A stretch of DNA of 64,000 nucleotides from Botryllus schlosseri (GCA_051294905.1 CM119372.1:18850001-18914000), one strand, 5' to 3'; positions 36,252-48,920 are shown, numbered from the stretch's first letter. The notes: generated from the sequence alone by a model not told the origin. Numbers and translations are program-made.

Positions 36252-37923
36252 TCAATGGCGAGGTCCAGTTTTGCTCCCTGTAACCCTTTCAAAATGCTTT
36301 ATAACCTTCTTTGAAGGAATAATACCGTCAGAGAGTCCGAATCTCTTTTTTGGTTTCGGAACTCCTTTATCTTCATCTTCCTCAATTAAATTGTCACACT
36401 GTGACCGCTTACGAAGTGTATTCTCAGATAATATTTCCTGTACATTACTGTCCTTGGCGCTGTTCTGCTTCAAGTCGCCGTCTGTTGTTTGAAGATCACT
36501 GTCGTGGTACATCTGACACTTTTTGCCCAGTCGACAGCGACCTCGTCTGTACATCCAACAAACCTGGAAATGGAAGGAATTCTTTTCACATGCACATTTC
36601 CAAAATCTACATCTGCATACATCTGTTATAGCCTATATTAATAATATATGAAAATGATACCGAATTTATCAACGTACTTCAAACAAGAAAGAAGGGCAAT
36701 TGCATGGACATACATAACTTTCATGAACATCCAATTTATTTTTATCAGCACTACGGTTTGTAATTTAGATGTTCATATACTGAGCTGGGCACAAGGATCG
36801 GGTACTCGCATCTGAAACAAATATTAATTTTAGGATATGAATCAAGCATTGAGAGATGAATTTCTTTCGGGTAGGCTACAGATAGTGAAATTATACGCCT
36901 TAAGACTTGATTTATCAACGAGAATGATAGTTTTGATACTATTGTCCACTGCATTATCCAGGCTGTAAACCTCAATTGGTCATATCGCAGCATACGAAAC
37001 ATGTAGTATAAAGCTACACAGTACATCACAAGTTAGTGGAAACGACAACACAGCATTGTCAAAAAGTGCAATAAAATAAACCGTATGATTGAAAAAATAC
37101 CAAGTAATTTTTAATGTGCTATAGAACTGGAAAAATATTCCTGTGGTTGCAATAAAAGGTAGGCTACATATTTAACTTTCCACATCATTCATGCAGAATA
37201 ATGACATTATAGTGTTAGTTACTCGACTCAATTCAATTCAATTGTAATTGAATTCAATTGGAATTAACAATTTCATCATTTCAATACACCACAAGACTGC
37301 GATACAATGAAAATATAAGGTGTTGAAACGACTTGAAGTAGTCTCCGAAATCAGACACCCACCTGGCCTAGGCAATGTAAAAAAGGTGGCATGCACACTG
37401 AATGAAAAGTAAAAGAAGGCGTATAAGCATCCAATCACTTAGGTACCAGAGGTAGCCCTAGTACAAACAACTCGAACTCACCTTTTTGCCATTCACTCTG
37501 CCATTTAATGGTGTTGACTTTGAGTTGTTAACCATTTTCACATGTCTCTCGAGAGCCTTGGTCTTATCTTCATCCTCCCTGAACACGGCAACGAATTCAG
37601 TTATTATAAACAACACTAATCGAAGCGATATTGATTTCAGTGAGAATCAAAAATAATATTGTAACATACTTTTGGTACTTATTCCCCCATACCGAGCTAA
37701 CGGCCGGACTGCTGTCAATCACCGACGTCGCAGATGGAAGTTTTGTAACGTTGTTGGTTTTGGCAGTGTTTTCCGCATCGCCAGTATTCAGGCCTTTGCA
37801 CTCATGCGCGTATACCGCGGCTTTTTCCGCGTCATCTTCGCCCGACGAAGCGGGAGAGCCGGGCTCTTTGTTCCATCGATTGTCTGACTCAGGGCTTGAT
37901 TCGTAGTCAGCGACCAAACTCAT
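36252..37923 (-). CDS. Uncharacterised CCCH (C3H1) zinc-finger protein, 3 exons
   Basis: Exons 37923-37670, 37578-37482, 36563-36252. MSLVADYESS..LERHVKM..GKKVCWMYRRGRCRLGKKCQMYHDSD (C-x7-C-x5-C-x3-H)..KKRFGLSDGIIPSKK. Confidence 0.85.
37255..37435 (-). mobile_element. LINE 3'UTR tail / SINE-like repeat in an intron
   Basis: Close match to 15066-15195 (caatacaccacaa..cagacacccac..cctaggc..gcatgcacactgaatgaa). Confidence 0.75.
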
Positions 37924-37939
37924 TCTACCTCATCGATCT

Positions 37940-38150
37940 GTCTGCAAAGTAAACAAACACGGGTGATTGTGACGCAACAGCAACTTTCGTCACGTAATCT
38001 AGTTTTTTAAATTCCGGCGCCAATCGGACTACTTTATTCGAGAACGGTCGTCGACAGCGGAAGCTCTTTGTCGAAATCCTGCAGACTGCTCAGCTAACCG
38101 TATCAAGTCACGTCATGCGAGAGCTTGTCGTTTGAGAGAGGAGGAAAAAA
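37940..38150. promoter_or_regulatory. Probable (bidirectional) promoter of the CCCH gene and the NIPSNAP-INTS11 unit
   Basis: CpG-rich, immediately upstream of ATG 37923; CRE/E-box-like motifs gtgacgcaa, tcgtcacgtaa, tcacgtca; the flanking genes diverge. Confidence 0.4.
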
Positions 38151-38667
38151 GGACGGTTCTCTCGTTCGCGATTACGAGCTTGGAAGGCAACAACTCTAGA
38201 TTAACCCGAGTTCATCATATGATATCTCCTCGCGTCTGGACTCTGTACACCTGGGACAGTGGGACATGCACGACGCGGTTTCTGTAGAGATGCGTTTCTA
38301 TCGTTGGTTATATATTATGTACCCGTGTGCTGTGCCAAAGAGTGTACTACATTATTTGTGCTGTGCTGTGCTGTACTGTGCACAGAAGTCGCGGGGAATA
38401 TGTAGCTTTAGATATTGTGACGCCGTTACTTCCCCGCGCCGTAAAGCTACTTGGATTGAGTAGCTTAAAATTCAACAAAACACGACTGAAAAATGTCCAG
38501 TTTTCACAGCTATCGAAAAACTACCCCGGCGGAACTCCAGTCGGTCAGCGGTTATATTATGTTCATCCGCTGGTCCGTGGCCTCGAGATTACCGGACCAC
38601 GACCTGACCTGTCGATCTCGCCTTCCGTGACACGAACCTCGTTTTGTCGCTAGCTTTTCTGTATTAT

Positions 38668-38709
38668 TATAGATAACTAAGGTAAACCGGTTTACCTTAG
38701 TTATCTATA
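38668..38709. mobile_element. 42-bp perfect palindromic micro-element with 7-bp TSD
   Basis: tatagataactaaggtaaacc|ggtttaccttagttatctata flanked by gtattat on both sides. Confidence 0.8.
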
Positions 38710-38744
38710 GTATTATCTTCTTTTACTTCTCATTCAGTGTGCAT

Positions 38745-40350
38745 TAGGGTTGTCCATAATTTGGAAAATCTCAAAATTTATGCGTATCCATGTCTCATTC
38801 TATAGATTATAGTTTAAAAACGTCAATGAACCGGCAATAAGCTCACGGGAAAGTCGTTAACCTTTGTCTAAATGCGTTTGAAAGTAGCTGCCGTAGAGTG
38901 GGCGTGTCAGCGACCATAGAACGGCAAGCAGACTAGTAATCACGAAATCACGGCGTTTGATTAGCTAATCTGCTACGCTTCAATGATCACGACATTGGCG
39001 GCTTATTGATCAGCTGGTCAAGGAGTCGGCTAACGACGGTGATTCTGTAAGCGCATTGTAGGTTGGTCCGCCAATAATGATTTAGGATTAATTCAGAGCA
39101 TGTTAAGTAACGAAACACATGATGAACAAAGAACAGCTGCTTCACAATATCTTCAAATACATGACTGGGTGGCTTATTGTGAAGGTAACCGTTGTAGCCT
39201 GTATGCCTTGATTTCATTGATGGAAAGCACAAAAACAAGCGGAAAAATATTGCAAAGGCGCTTATGCAAGTGGCAAACGAATTTCTAGTTTCAGAGAGGA
39301 TGTAGCATCATTGAATACAAATATAAAGCTTGACATTGACACTACTTTGTCTGATCTTATTAGGCTGTTTTCGTGGTATATAATTGAAGTCTTGAATGCT
39401 GTAAGGGTTGGATGAATCTGTCATTTATGCTTAGCACTTGTCAGATTATTGCAGCATAATGAATCATAGCCGCAAGTGCTGTCAAAGTCCTCAATGATGC
39501 CGCAAAAAGAGGTCTAAAGATAAGCACAGACTATGCTGGTAGGACCAGCAAAAAGACAGTTTGCTTGCATTGCTTAGCATGTCTTAAATGAATCTTAGAT
39601 CATTACCGGCTGCATCACTACTAATGCTTGAATCAAACCAGACATGGTCATAAAAAGGATGTATTGGAGCGGTGTGGTAGTTACACTCTTCTTCAGAAAT
39701 CCAATGTAAGCTACCTGGTCGGCCCACATATCTTCTGAGCATACAGGATTGTGCCCAGAATCCATATCACATGGTATGCTGCACCAGTTTGGCGATGTCT
39801 TACCTGCACCCAGAAAACAGGACCACTTGGTGTAATCTCAAGCATATCAGATCTGTAGGCTATTTCTGGTATCTATATGTACTTCTATAAGTTCACAATC
39901 ATTCACTGTTTCACCTCTGTCCTGCCCGCAATAGGATATTGTTGCACTAAAGCTATCGGTACCTAGTTTTAACACCAAGACATTCAATGACCAGATGTCT
40001 CATTTTATTATTAAATCACCAACGTACAATGCGCTTACAGAATCATTGCCGTTAGCGAACTTCTCGAACTAGTATAAGCACATAATCGGCAAGCCGCTGT
40101 GGTCGTGACCATTCAAGCATAGCTGATTAACCAATCAAGAGACGTGATTTCGTTACTACTAGTCCTCTCGCCGTTCTATGGTCGCTAACACGCCCACTCT
40201 ACGGCAGCTACTTTCAAATGTATTTAGACAAATGTTAACGACTTTCCCGTGAGCTTATTGCAGGTTCATTGATGTTTTTAATCAATAATCTACAGAATGA
40301 GACATGGATACGCATCTTTTTTGGGATTTTCCAAATTATGGACAACCCTA
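38745..40350. mobile_element. hAT-type element with ~330-bp inverted termini, inserted in a LINE-tail repeat
   Basis: tagggttgtccataatttggaaaatc / gattttccaaattatggacaacccta; perfect 8-bp TSD gtgtgcat; inverted similarity runs ~38745-39070 vs ~40015-40350. Confidence 0.9.
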
Positions 40351-40592
40351 GTGTGCATGCCTCTCTTTACATCGCCTAGCCCAAGGTGGGTGTCTGATTT
40401 GAAAGACGCCCCAAAAGTCGCCTCTGCTCCTTCCTCTCTTTTGATTGTATCGCAATTTATGTGGTATTCTATGTGTATTGAAGTGAACTGATAAAAATTG
40501 CTAATAAACCGAACCGAAAGGGGAAAAATACGCACACAATGGACAGTGCAATGCACAAGTCACAATCTGATGTACTGATCAGTCAAATAGGT

Positions 40593-41130
40593 AGAGAGAG
40601 AGAGAGAGAGTCTTTATTTTCATCGAACCAAAATACATAACAAACGGCAGTGATGGTGGTACAGAAAATATGCGTACACAGTATTCGGTATTAGATAGGA
40701 ATGATCGATAAGACCGTGAAGGTCATCTAGTCAGATCACACCTGCATCAAACAGGTACACTTGACTCTGAACAGTCTGGCTGTAAAAAAATGTTTAGTTA
40801 AGAAAGGAAAATAGAAAAAAGATTAAACAATGGTAGCAAATGATCAATGAAGCAATGTCTGGGCGAGGTAGGGCAACAGTGTTAGTGTAACGACAAGAGG
40901 TGATCAAGTAGGGCTTTTTTGAATCTATTATAAGGCAATTCACGGATATGTGGTGGTAATGCATTCCAGATGATAGGTCCCGAGTAGTCGAAAGATCTCT
41001 TAGTTAGGTTGCTATTGGGTTGGGGTAAGTAGATGATTCCTTTAGACGAGGATCTCGTGTAATGGGAATGGACATGTTTAGCAGGTATGAAAAAGTCATC
41101 AAACACTGGAGGCAGACTATTGGAAAAATA
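40593..41130 (-). mobile_element. 5'-truncated LINE fragment with AATAAA and (TC)n tail
   Basis: ORF 40882-41106 HSHYTRSS..KRSFDYSGPIIWNALPPHIR..FKKAL; (ga)n followed by tctttatt at ~40593-40620. Confidence 0.85.
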
Positions 41131-41622
41131 TTTGTGAACAACTTTTGATACTTCGAAGCGATATAGTTATTCAACTCGCAAAATTCGATGCTTACGGTAG
41201 TAAGGCGATAAATTGGTACGTAAAGGTACAGATATGCCGAATCGACCAAATGTTGTCTATCAATCCAGCAACCACCTCGGCCTGGTGCCAGATTTTCTAT
41301 ATTCATTTGCATTTGATAGCTCAATGTAGCAGCGTTCGATCTTGATCTTGACATATAGACCGGATGTGGTCGGTATATATTATTAGTAAATGCGACAGTA
41401 TCGTTTATTTTCGGATAGCTTGTGATTATACCACTATAACTACCGGCTACCACGCCACGTGATTATTTTGCAACCTAAAGACAAGAACATTTGAGGTATT
41501 ACCACTTGGGTGCCTGGGGTTAATATTTGCTGATTGCTGCTAGACGTGCTACTTGCTAGTTGCTAGCTGCCGCTGGTAAGCAGAGAAGTCTCGCTGCGTT
41601 CGTGAATACAGTGAAATCGAAG

Positions 41623-42360
41623 ATGGCAATGATGCTGCGTAGTACGGTCGCACGTTTGGTCCGGCTGAAGGCATTGAATACGCAAACTGTAAGGAATGTT
41701 TCGATTGACAATGGAAAGTCGAAGATATATGAATTTCGGCAATACTGGCTAAAGCCTTCCGGAGTTTCTTCATTCATGAAACTTTTCGAGGAGTTTGCTC
41801 CAACTCGATTGAAGCATTCTGAACTTTTAGGCTATTGGACAGTGGAATTGGGAGGAATCAACCAGGTTGTCCATATCTGGGAATATGACAGCTTTGAACA
41901 ACGAAGTAATGTCAGAGCTGCTCTCGCCAAAGATGAGCAATGGGTTCAAGGTTTTGTGAAAAACGCTTTTCCTTATCTGGATAAGCAAGAAAATGCCGTC
42001 CTTTATGGCGCAGACTGGTGTGACATTCAAAAAGATAAGGCTATGTCTGGCTCATTCGAACTGGCATCTTATGGCATGAAAGTAGGTGGTCCTGCTGTGT
42101 GGGGTAGCCAGTTGAAAGCCTCGTTGCTGGCCCATGCTCGACAGGGCTATTGCGACCTGATTGGTGTTTGGTACACAGACACGGGAGATCATAATCAAGT
42201 AAAAGTAGTCTGGAGATATGATTCATTCGATGCCAGACGAGAAGGGAAAAATATGGCCCATGAAGATTCTGTATTGGTGAATAAAATGAGGGACAACCTC
42301 AAAAATGTTGTAAGTCATCATAACGTTCTTATGAATCCACTACCATTCCTCTCCAAGTAG
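41623..42360 (+). CDS. NIPSNAP3A: NIPSNAP homolog 3-like mitochondrial protein, single exon
   Basis: Presequence-like MAMMLRSTVARLVRLK; IYEFRQYWLKP..HSELLGYWTVELGGINQVVHIWEYDSFEQRSNVRAALAKDEQW; second NIPSNAP repeat LIGVWYTDTG..VWRYDS. Confidence 0.9.
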   Translation: MAMMLRSTVARLVRLKALNTQTVRNVSIDNGKSKIYEFRQYWLKPSGVSSFMKLFEEFAPTRLKHSELLGYWTVELGGINQVVHIWEYDSFEQRSNVRAALAKDEQWVQGFVKNAFPYLDKQENAVLYGADWCDIQKDKAMSGSFELASYGMKVGGPAVWGSQLKASLLAHARQGYCDLIGVWYTDTGDHNQVKVVWRYDSFDARREGKNMAHEDSVLVNKMRDNLKNVVSHHNVLMNPLPFLSK

Positions 42361-42841
42361 AAATACAGTGAAATAACCCTCCATCAGATCTTGAAAGACT
42401 TATCATCAGTGGCCAAAATTTGTTTATCATTTCCATGTTGCGTATGTCGTGGAGTTTTCTGAAATACCTAGGAAAATTTACTTAGTGTTGGAATTACTGA
42501 TCCTGTCCCACTTGTGCTAATTCATTGAAATGAAACTTCTGCGTGTGAGCATTGGAATCAGTGCTGTTGATGCTGCTACTATCACCAGAAAACAATATTC
42601 TGCTAAAAGCTCCCTTTATCCTGATGCCTTCATTTCGGCTTCCTAAAACTTTTAATTGGTGTAGTGTGTTCGCAATATATATTACCAGTTTTTCCTACTA
42701 CTGCACTTTCATTAAGATTTAACCTGTTGATTGTGCATTTAATTGTGGTCTTGTGGTGTATGAAACATTTGTAAAATCATCATGTATAATTCACTGTATA
42801 TTTCTGTTGTGTCTGATATCTGTCTAGTCTAGACACGTACT

Positions 42842-44695
42842 ATGCCTGATATAAAAATAGTACCGTTGGGAGCTGGACAAGATGTTGGTCGCAGTTGCAT
42901 TCTTGTTACTTTGGGAGGAAAAAACATAATGCTGGATTGTGGAATGCATATGGGATTTAACGATGATCGGCGATTCCCGGACTTTTCCTACATCACCGGT
43001 GGTAAAGGCACTCTTACAGAATACATTGACTGTGTCATCATAAGCCACTTTCACTTGGATCACTGCGGAGCTTTACCTTACATGTCTGAAATGGTTGGAT
43101 TTGAGGGACCTATTTACATGACACATCCTACTAAGGCAATCGCTCCAATTCTACTCGAAGATTACCGCAAAATCACTGTTGATAAGAAGGGTGAGGTGAA
43201 TTTTTTCACATCGCAGATGATAAAAGACTGTTTGAAAAAAGTGGTTGCAGTAAACCTGCATCAAACTGTATTTGTTGATGATGAACTGCAAATCAAAGCT
43301 TACTACGCTGGTCATGTGTTAGGAGCTGGCATGTTCTACATACGGGCTGGAACTGAATCTGTACTCTATACGGGGGATTATAACATGACACCCGACAGAC
43401 ATCTAGGGGCTGCATGGGTTGATAAATGCAGACCGACTCTCCTTATCACAGAATCTACTTACGCCACAACGATCAGGGATTCAAAGCGATGTCGTGAAAG
43501 AGATTTTCTTAAAAAAGTTCATGAAACCATTGAAAGGGGAGGCAAGGTTTTAATCCCAGTGTTTGCCTTGGGAAGGGCTCAAGAACTGTGTATATTGTTG
43601 GAATCGTACTGGGATAGAATGAATTTAAAAGTGCCCATATACTTTTCAACCGGACTCACCGAGAAAGCAACAAATTATTACAAACTATTCATAACGTGGA
43701 CCAACCAAAAAATTAAAAATACATTCGTTGACCGAAACTTGTTTGAGTTCAAGCACATCAAACCATTTAACCGTGCAACTATCGATAATCCTGGAGCTAT
43801 GGTTGTGTTTGCCACGCCGGGCATGTTACACGGTGGGTTATCACTCGAAATATTCAAGAAGTGGTGCACTAGCGAAAAAAACACAATAATCATGCCTGGG
43901 TATTGCGTGGCTGGTACTGTTGGCCATAAGATTTTGTCTGGGATGCGGAAAATTGAACTGCAACCAGGCAAAATCGTTGAGATTAAAATGCAAGTTCAAT
44001 ACATGTCATTCAGCGCTCATGCGGATGCTAAGGGTATAATGCAGCTGATCCGCATGTGCGAACCAGAGAATGTGATGTTGGTTCACGGGGAGGCTAAAAA
44101 GATGGAGTTTTTGAAGAGCAAAATAAAGCAGGAGCTCAACTTGGATTGCTTCAATCCGGCAAATGGAGAGACAGTAGTGATATCATCCAGACCTAGCTTG
44201 CCTGTTGACATGTCTTTGAAATTGCTCAAACACAAAACCGAGATTGGCGATTCGGCCAGCCCCACGCCAAAGTGCTCTCGGATTATTCATGGAGCACTGT
44301 TAATGAAAGACAGCAAAATAAGACTGTTGGAACAAGAGGAGGCATTACAAGAACTCGGCTTGCCTAAACACGAATTGAGGTTTACTTCGACGGTGATGTT
44401 GCAGAATGCATGTCGTTCGGAAAAGTTGACCATGACCAGACTGCACGATCATTTGAAAAAATTGCTTTCTACACACTCTGTGAAAATGACGTCGGACGGT
44501 CATATTTTGATTGAATCTGTTCTGGTTAAGGCGCAGAAGAACGCAGAATCCACAACAGAAAGTGACGGCGATGATTCCTCAATAGCGACAAAATCCATTC
44601 TGGTTTCATGGTCATATGAGGATGAAGATCTTGGCAGTTACCTCATGGAGACCTTGAAGAACGGTCTTCCGCCACCTACCATCAAGGCGAAGTGA
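42842..44695 (+). CDS. INTS11: Integrator complex subunit 11 (CPSF3L, beta-CASP endonuclease), single exon, 617 aa
   Basis: [66 protein letters not shown]-terminal [12 protein letters not shown]. Confidence 0.97.
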   Translation: MPDIKIVPLGAGQDVGRSCILVTLGGKNIMLDCGMHMGFNDDRRFPDFSYITGGKGTLTEYIDCVIISHFHLDHCGALPYMSEMVGFEGPIYMTHPTKAIAPILLEDYRKITVDKKGEVNFFTSQMIKDCLKKVVAVNLHQTVFVDDELQIKAYYAGHVLGAGMFYIRAGTESVLYTGDYNMTPDRHLGAAWVDKCRPTLLITESTYATTIRDSKRCRERDFLKKVHETIERGGKVLIPVFALGRAQELCILLESYWDRMNLKVPIYFSTGLTEKATNYYKLFITWTNQKIKNTFVDRNLFEFKHIKPFNRATIDNPGAMVVFATPGMLHGGLSLEIFKKWCTSEKNTIIMPGYCVAGTVGHKILSGMRKIELQPGKIVEIKMQVQYMSFSAHADAKGIMQLIRMCEPENVMLVHGEAKKMEFLKSKIKQELNLDCFNPANGETVVISSRPSLPVDMSLKLLKHKTEIGDSASPTPKCSRIIHGALLMKDSKIRLLEQEEALQELGLPKHELRFTSTVMLQNACRSEKLTMTRLHDHLKKLLSTHSVKMTSDGHILIESVLVKAQKNAESTTESDGDDSSIATKSILVSWSYEDEDLGSYLMETLKNGLPPPTIKAK

Positions 44696-45099
44696 TAAAT
44701 TTGCATCACCTGTAGTCCTGAAATTACATTATTTGACGTAATATCGGATATCCACGTGATCGTCTCCCTTTCCCTATAGGTTGCTACAAGCTGTTGTTAA
44801 CACTCGAATTTCTCCAGCTCTGACCTTGTATCTCTCTACTGTACATTGTACGTACAGTCGCACATGTACCATACAATCTTCTCTGATACGAAGGGCCAAT
44901 GTCGTCTGATAGTGGATTTCCATCTGCAATGGGATATTGTATCGATTCGCTATTATACACAAACACACAATCATGTGCATATCTTCCCACTCTCCTCTGC
45001 TTAAATCAGAAGGAACTTGGATCACGCTCTGAATCGTTTTGGAAAACTTATCTACTCAACATTCTCTCATAAATGTGAGCTCCCAGTGATTGGCGTTTG

Positions 45100-45105
45100 A
45101 ATAAA
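45100..45105 (+). terminator. Candidate poly(A) signal for INTS11 and the NIPSNAP-INTS11 unit
   Basis: First AATAAA I find downstream of the INTS11 stop. Confidence 0.45.
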
Positions 45106-45473
45106 ATATTCTTGAATATATCAAGAACGTTCTTGAGCAAACTCTCGACTACGCAGTGAGTATCTGAACAGTGAACATGTGTCGACTAGGTCAGATACTT
45201 TTGCAGTGGGCCACAAGAGCTTTTTAGTGATGAACTTTTTTCATTCATCTACTTCCTAAATACGCTGTGGCCAGGATAGGGTGAAGGTGCTGAGTGTGAG
45301 TGCTGAACTTTTTTCCACTTCCGTTATCGAGGAGGTGGGCCAGGGGCAGGGCCATAGAAAGTGTAGGAACCGCTGGACTAGAGAAAGTTTTAACACAATA
45401 TCTTTATGTAAGGGGGAACTTGTTATGCTATGCACTTGCCTTATGTCAATATAGTTATCGGCTCAGTCACAAG

Positions 45474-45948
45474 CAGAGGTGGTCAAAGTAGTAATTTTTG
45501 GTAGTTGAATACAAAGGCATACCGAAACAAATTCAAATAGTAGTGAAAACGGTCTCGCAAGTACTCCAGTACCTAATTTGAAGAAGTAGGTTGGGTCGTG
45601 GGCTTCACAGACTTCAGGTGCGGTAGTCAACCACCTGTGACAACTCTGAAACTGCAATATGCATATGAGCGAGTATCGGAGAATCATTAATGGCGATTAA
45701 ACCCGGTGAAGTTTTCGAAATTACGATCTGGTACCGTCATGCTGAGTCTGCAACGCCCAATTGCCATGGTAATTTCACATAGAAAGGTGATGCGAATCTA
45801 TCCGAATACTACTTTCTAATTGATAAAATTGTAAATGTAAAAAGTACGTACCGTGCTTTGAACTGTTGAAGTAGAGGTGGAGGTGGTGAAAGTGCAGATG
45901 AGAGTACTCCAGAAAAACTAGAAATTACTTTGCTATTGGCCACGCCTG
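45474..45948. mobile_element. Degenerate hAT MITE (AGTA family)
   Basis: Starts cagaggtggtcaaagtag, the reverse complement of the 57441 end; agtag motifs. Confidence 0.5.
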
Positions 45949-47663
45949 GTAGCAAGCATGGATTGTTGACGATTGCGCATGTTTTTGTTCCCCATTATTT
46001 GCGCTCAAAATTCAACAATCATTTGCCTTCTCGGATATACTGCTCCCATCGCTTACAAAGCGTTTGTAAACCACCAATTCACGGTGTCACATAATTAATT
46101 GTAAAACTTACGTTTCTAATTCTTATACGGTCACTGGATTCTCGATAAGTTCAGGACACACAATGTACAATGCGAAGGAATGGAAATATTGTGGGTGTCT
46201 GATTAAAAGACTACTCCAGGTCGTTTCGGTACCCTCCTATCTTTTCATTATATCGCAATCTTGTGGTGTGTAGATTTGATAAAATAAAATTATTAAAATG
46301 AGGATGATGATTTGGGCGATTCTTTTGACATGTCAGAAAAACTAAAAATTAGGTTAAAATTGTAGCGTTAGGTCAAAAAATGTCGACTTTGTTTACAAAG
46401 TCAAAAAAAATTTTACAACCTGCATTTCGTTTGTATCGTAGATTTTGCACTGTCGGTGAACTTATCATTTGACTTTATGCGGGAAAACGCCTAATTTGCA
46501 TACGTTAGGTTGAAATTAAGTTTTTTAATGTCAAAATTTCAAATTTTTAGGTCCAAATCTTCCGTTTTTTAGGTAAAACAAAATCGCCCTAATGATGATA
46601 TTAAAGGATGTCGAAACGATCAAGTAGGTACAGCAGTCTCTCCATCTGACATCCCCTCGGCTTAATGCCAGTGTTCGGTTTTTTTATGTTTTAGCCTTCC
46701 TCGCTTTCGTTCTTCTCCCTGGATTGGTCCTGAATCGGGTCTTTTATTGTAAAGATGCGGTGAGCACAACAACATAAGGGAGGAGAATCTTTGCTACTGT
46801 CAAGAATCAAACAGGAGCCTCCACCATCATTATGGGGGATCTAACGAAGTGCTGTTATACGGTCCTGATGATAACTAAACAAAAGGTCATCACTCGGGCA
46901 ACTCTGGGCCATTGGCTTTTCGCTTGTGACGAGTGATGAGCGCTGAAAATACGACAGAATATGGACACAAGACAAAAATTCAAGACATGCGTCATATTAA
47001 AAGGGCAATAGAGTTTTGTAGTTTCATTTTTAACATTGGCCTTTCAAATGCACCTCTTTAAACCACAGTCCGAAGACCGCCAAGGGGTTCATGGACCTCA
47101 GGTAAAAAACGTCTGGATCATAGCAATGTTGGGATCAAGTCACTACCTTCGAGTCACAAGTCATCTCGGGTCATTGCACATTTTGAATCGAGTCAAGTCA
47201 ATCGATTTTTGGAGGTGACTCGAGTCATCGTCAAATTGAATTTTCGAAGTATGAGGGATATGATTCAAATTCGTTACATTTTGCTAGCTGTTTGAAACAC
47301 ACGGATTGATTCGCCACTTATTCCGAATCAAATAACGACTATAATGTTAAAGACACATTCAAAAAGGCATTGTATCGCTCACGCGTACGTACAGAGCTGC
47401 CAATAAAATGCGCGAGTAACAGAATAGCTCCAGTCTGTAATTATCAGCCAAAATAGAGGATCGACTACGAAACCCCGAGAAATAGAAACAAGTTGATGAC
47501 GCTATACAGCGAATAACCTACAGCCCTACACCAATACTCTTCAACCTTTTTCGCCGTGGTACACCCTTTTAACATTTACTCAAAACTCGTACACCCCAAC
47601 GACATAATTCACCGATTCCGTAGTAAGCCGCATTTCGATTAGGCCTACATATATAGCATACGG

Positions 47664-48920
47664 TAGGGTTACCATCAGTGTTGGGATGACTCGAGTCACC
47701 TTTTTCGTATGACTTGACTAGACTCGAGTCACTTTGCTAAAATGAATTGACTTGACTAGGCGTATCAGAAATGTGGATTGAATCGTGACTCTGAGCAAAA
47801 TTAACGAGTCAATTTCAAGTCACCAAGTATTCGGTGTCGATAAAAATCACTGTATATCTTGCATATGTTCGGATTGTTCGCGAAACGCTGGTGTAACCCG
47901 TGAGAGCGACAAAACATTCAATGATCGTGCGTTTTAGCCTACTGACCTCCATTGGTTCTCTCACAAATAAATTGACCGCAAACGAAGTGATCGAAGCTTA
48001 CAGCTTACGTTGTCGTATAGTAGTAAAGAAATTTAGTAGCGAAATGTTTATTCCTGTTCTCTCTTCTTACCTTAACCAAACCTCTTGTTTTATTGAAATT
48101 GAATTCGAATATAATTTATATAGTCCTCAACCATTGGCGCAGGCTCGAATTGTATCATATCAATTGTATATCGAATTGTATCATATGTAAATGGGTAATG
48201 TATTGCATCTCATATCAGTTCGTTTCTCTATTCTCTATTCTCTATTTTAGCTGGTAACTATAAACTGAGGCTATGCAATTACTTGCGTAGTTTTGTGAGC
48301 GATACAGCGCCTTATTGTTGCGTGTATATTTAACTCTATATTCGTTATTCGGTTCGGAATCAATGACCACTCAGTATGTATAGACAGCTCGCAAATTGCA
48401 AAGATGTAATCATGCCTCATACTTCGAAAAGGCAATTGGACTTGTGACTTGAGTCGTGACTCGACTTGACTCGACTTGCTCGACTTGACTCGACTTGACT
48501 CGACTCGACTCACCTCCAAAATCGAGTGACTTGACTTGACTCGAGTCAAAATGTGCAATGACTCGAAGGTAGTGACTTGATCCCAACACTGGTTACCATA
48601 CGTTCTCCTTTAGGAGGATTTGTCCTCCTTTTTCAGGTTTTTGAAAATGTCGTCCGAGGACGCCTAAATGTTCTCCTTTTTGGCAATTCGTTCTCCTTTA
48701 CAGCTAAGATAATGGATAGATTCCAGTTAAAATGGGCATAAATGACGCTAAACAGGAAATTCGTGGTTCGATCGAAAGCGACGACCTTTTTTTATTTTTT
48801 ACCACCCACAAAATTTTTTCAGCAAAAGTAGTGAAATCGGCTGATTCCAGTTTTGATCAACCAACTTTTCTGAATTGGTAAAAGTGTCCTCCTTCCCCGA
48901 TTCCAAAATATGGTACGGTA
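47664..48920. mobile_element. hAT MITE (GAGGAC family) whose TIR is interrupted by 47676-48591
   Basis: tagggttaccat[insert]acgttctcctttaggagg..ccaaaatatggta; reverse complement of the 11071-11445 family. Confidence 0.75.
47676..48591. mobile_element. hAT MITE (GACTC family, CAGTGTTGGG ends)
   Basis: TIR cagtgttggga / tcccaacactg; perfect 8-bp TSD gttaccat. Confidence 0.9.

Noticed and set aside
41560..41622. N-terminal extension of NIPSNAP from a TTG start
   Set aside because: Non-ATG start in a eukaryote; ATG 41623 yields a plausible mitochondrial presequence.
43678..44265. Antisense ORFs within INTS11, and similar shadow ORFs over the tubulin and OB genes
   Set aside because: Shadow frames of real CDSs with no motifs of their own.
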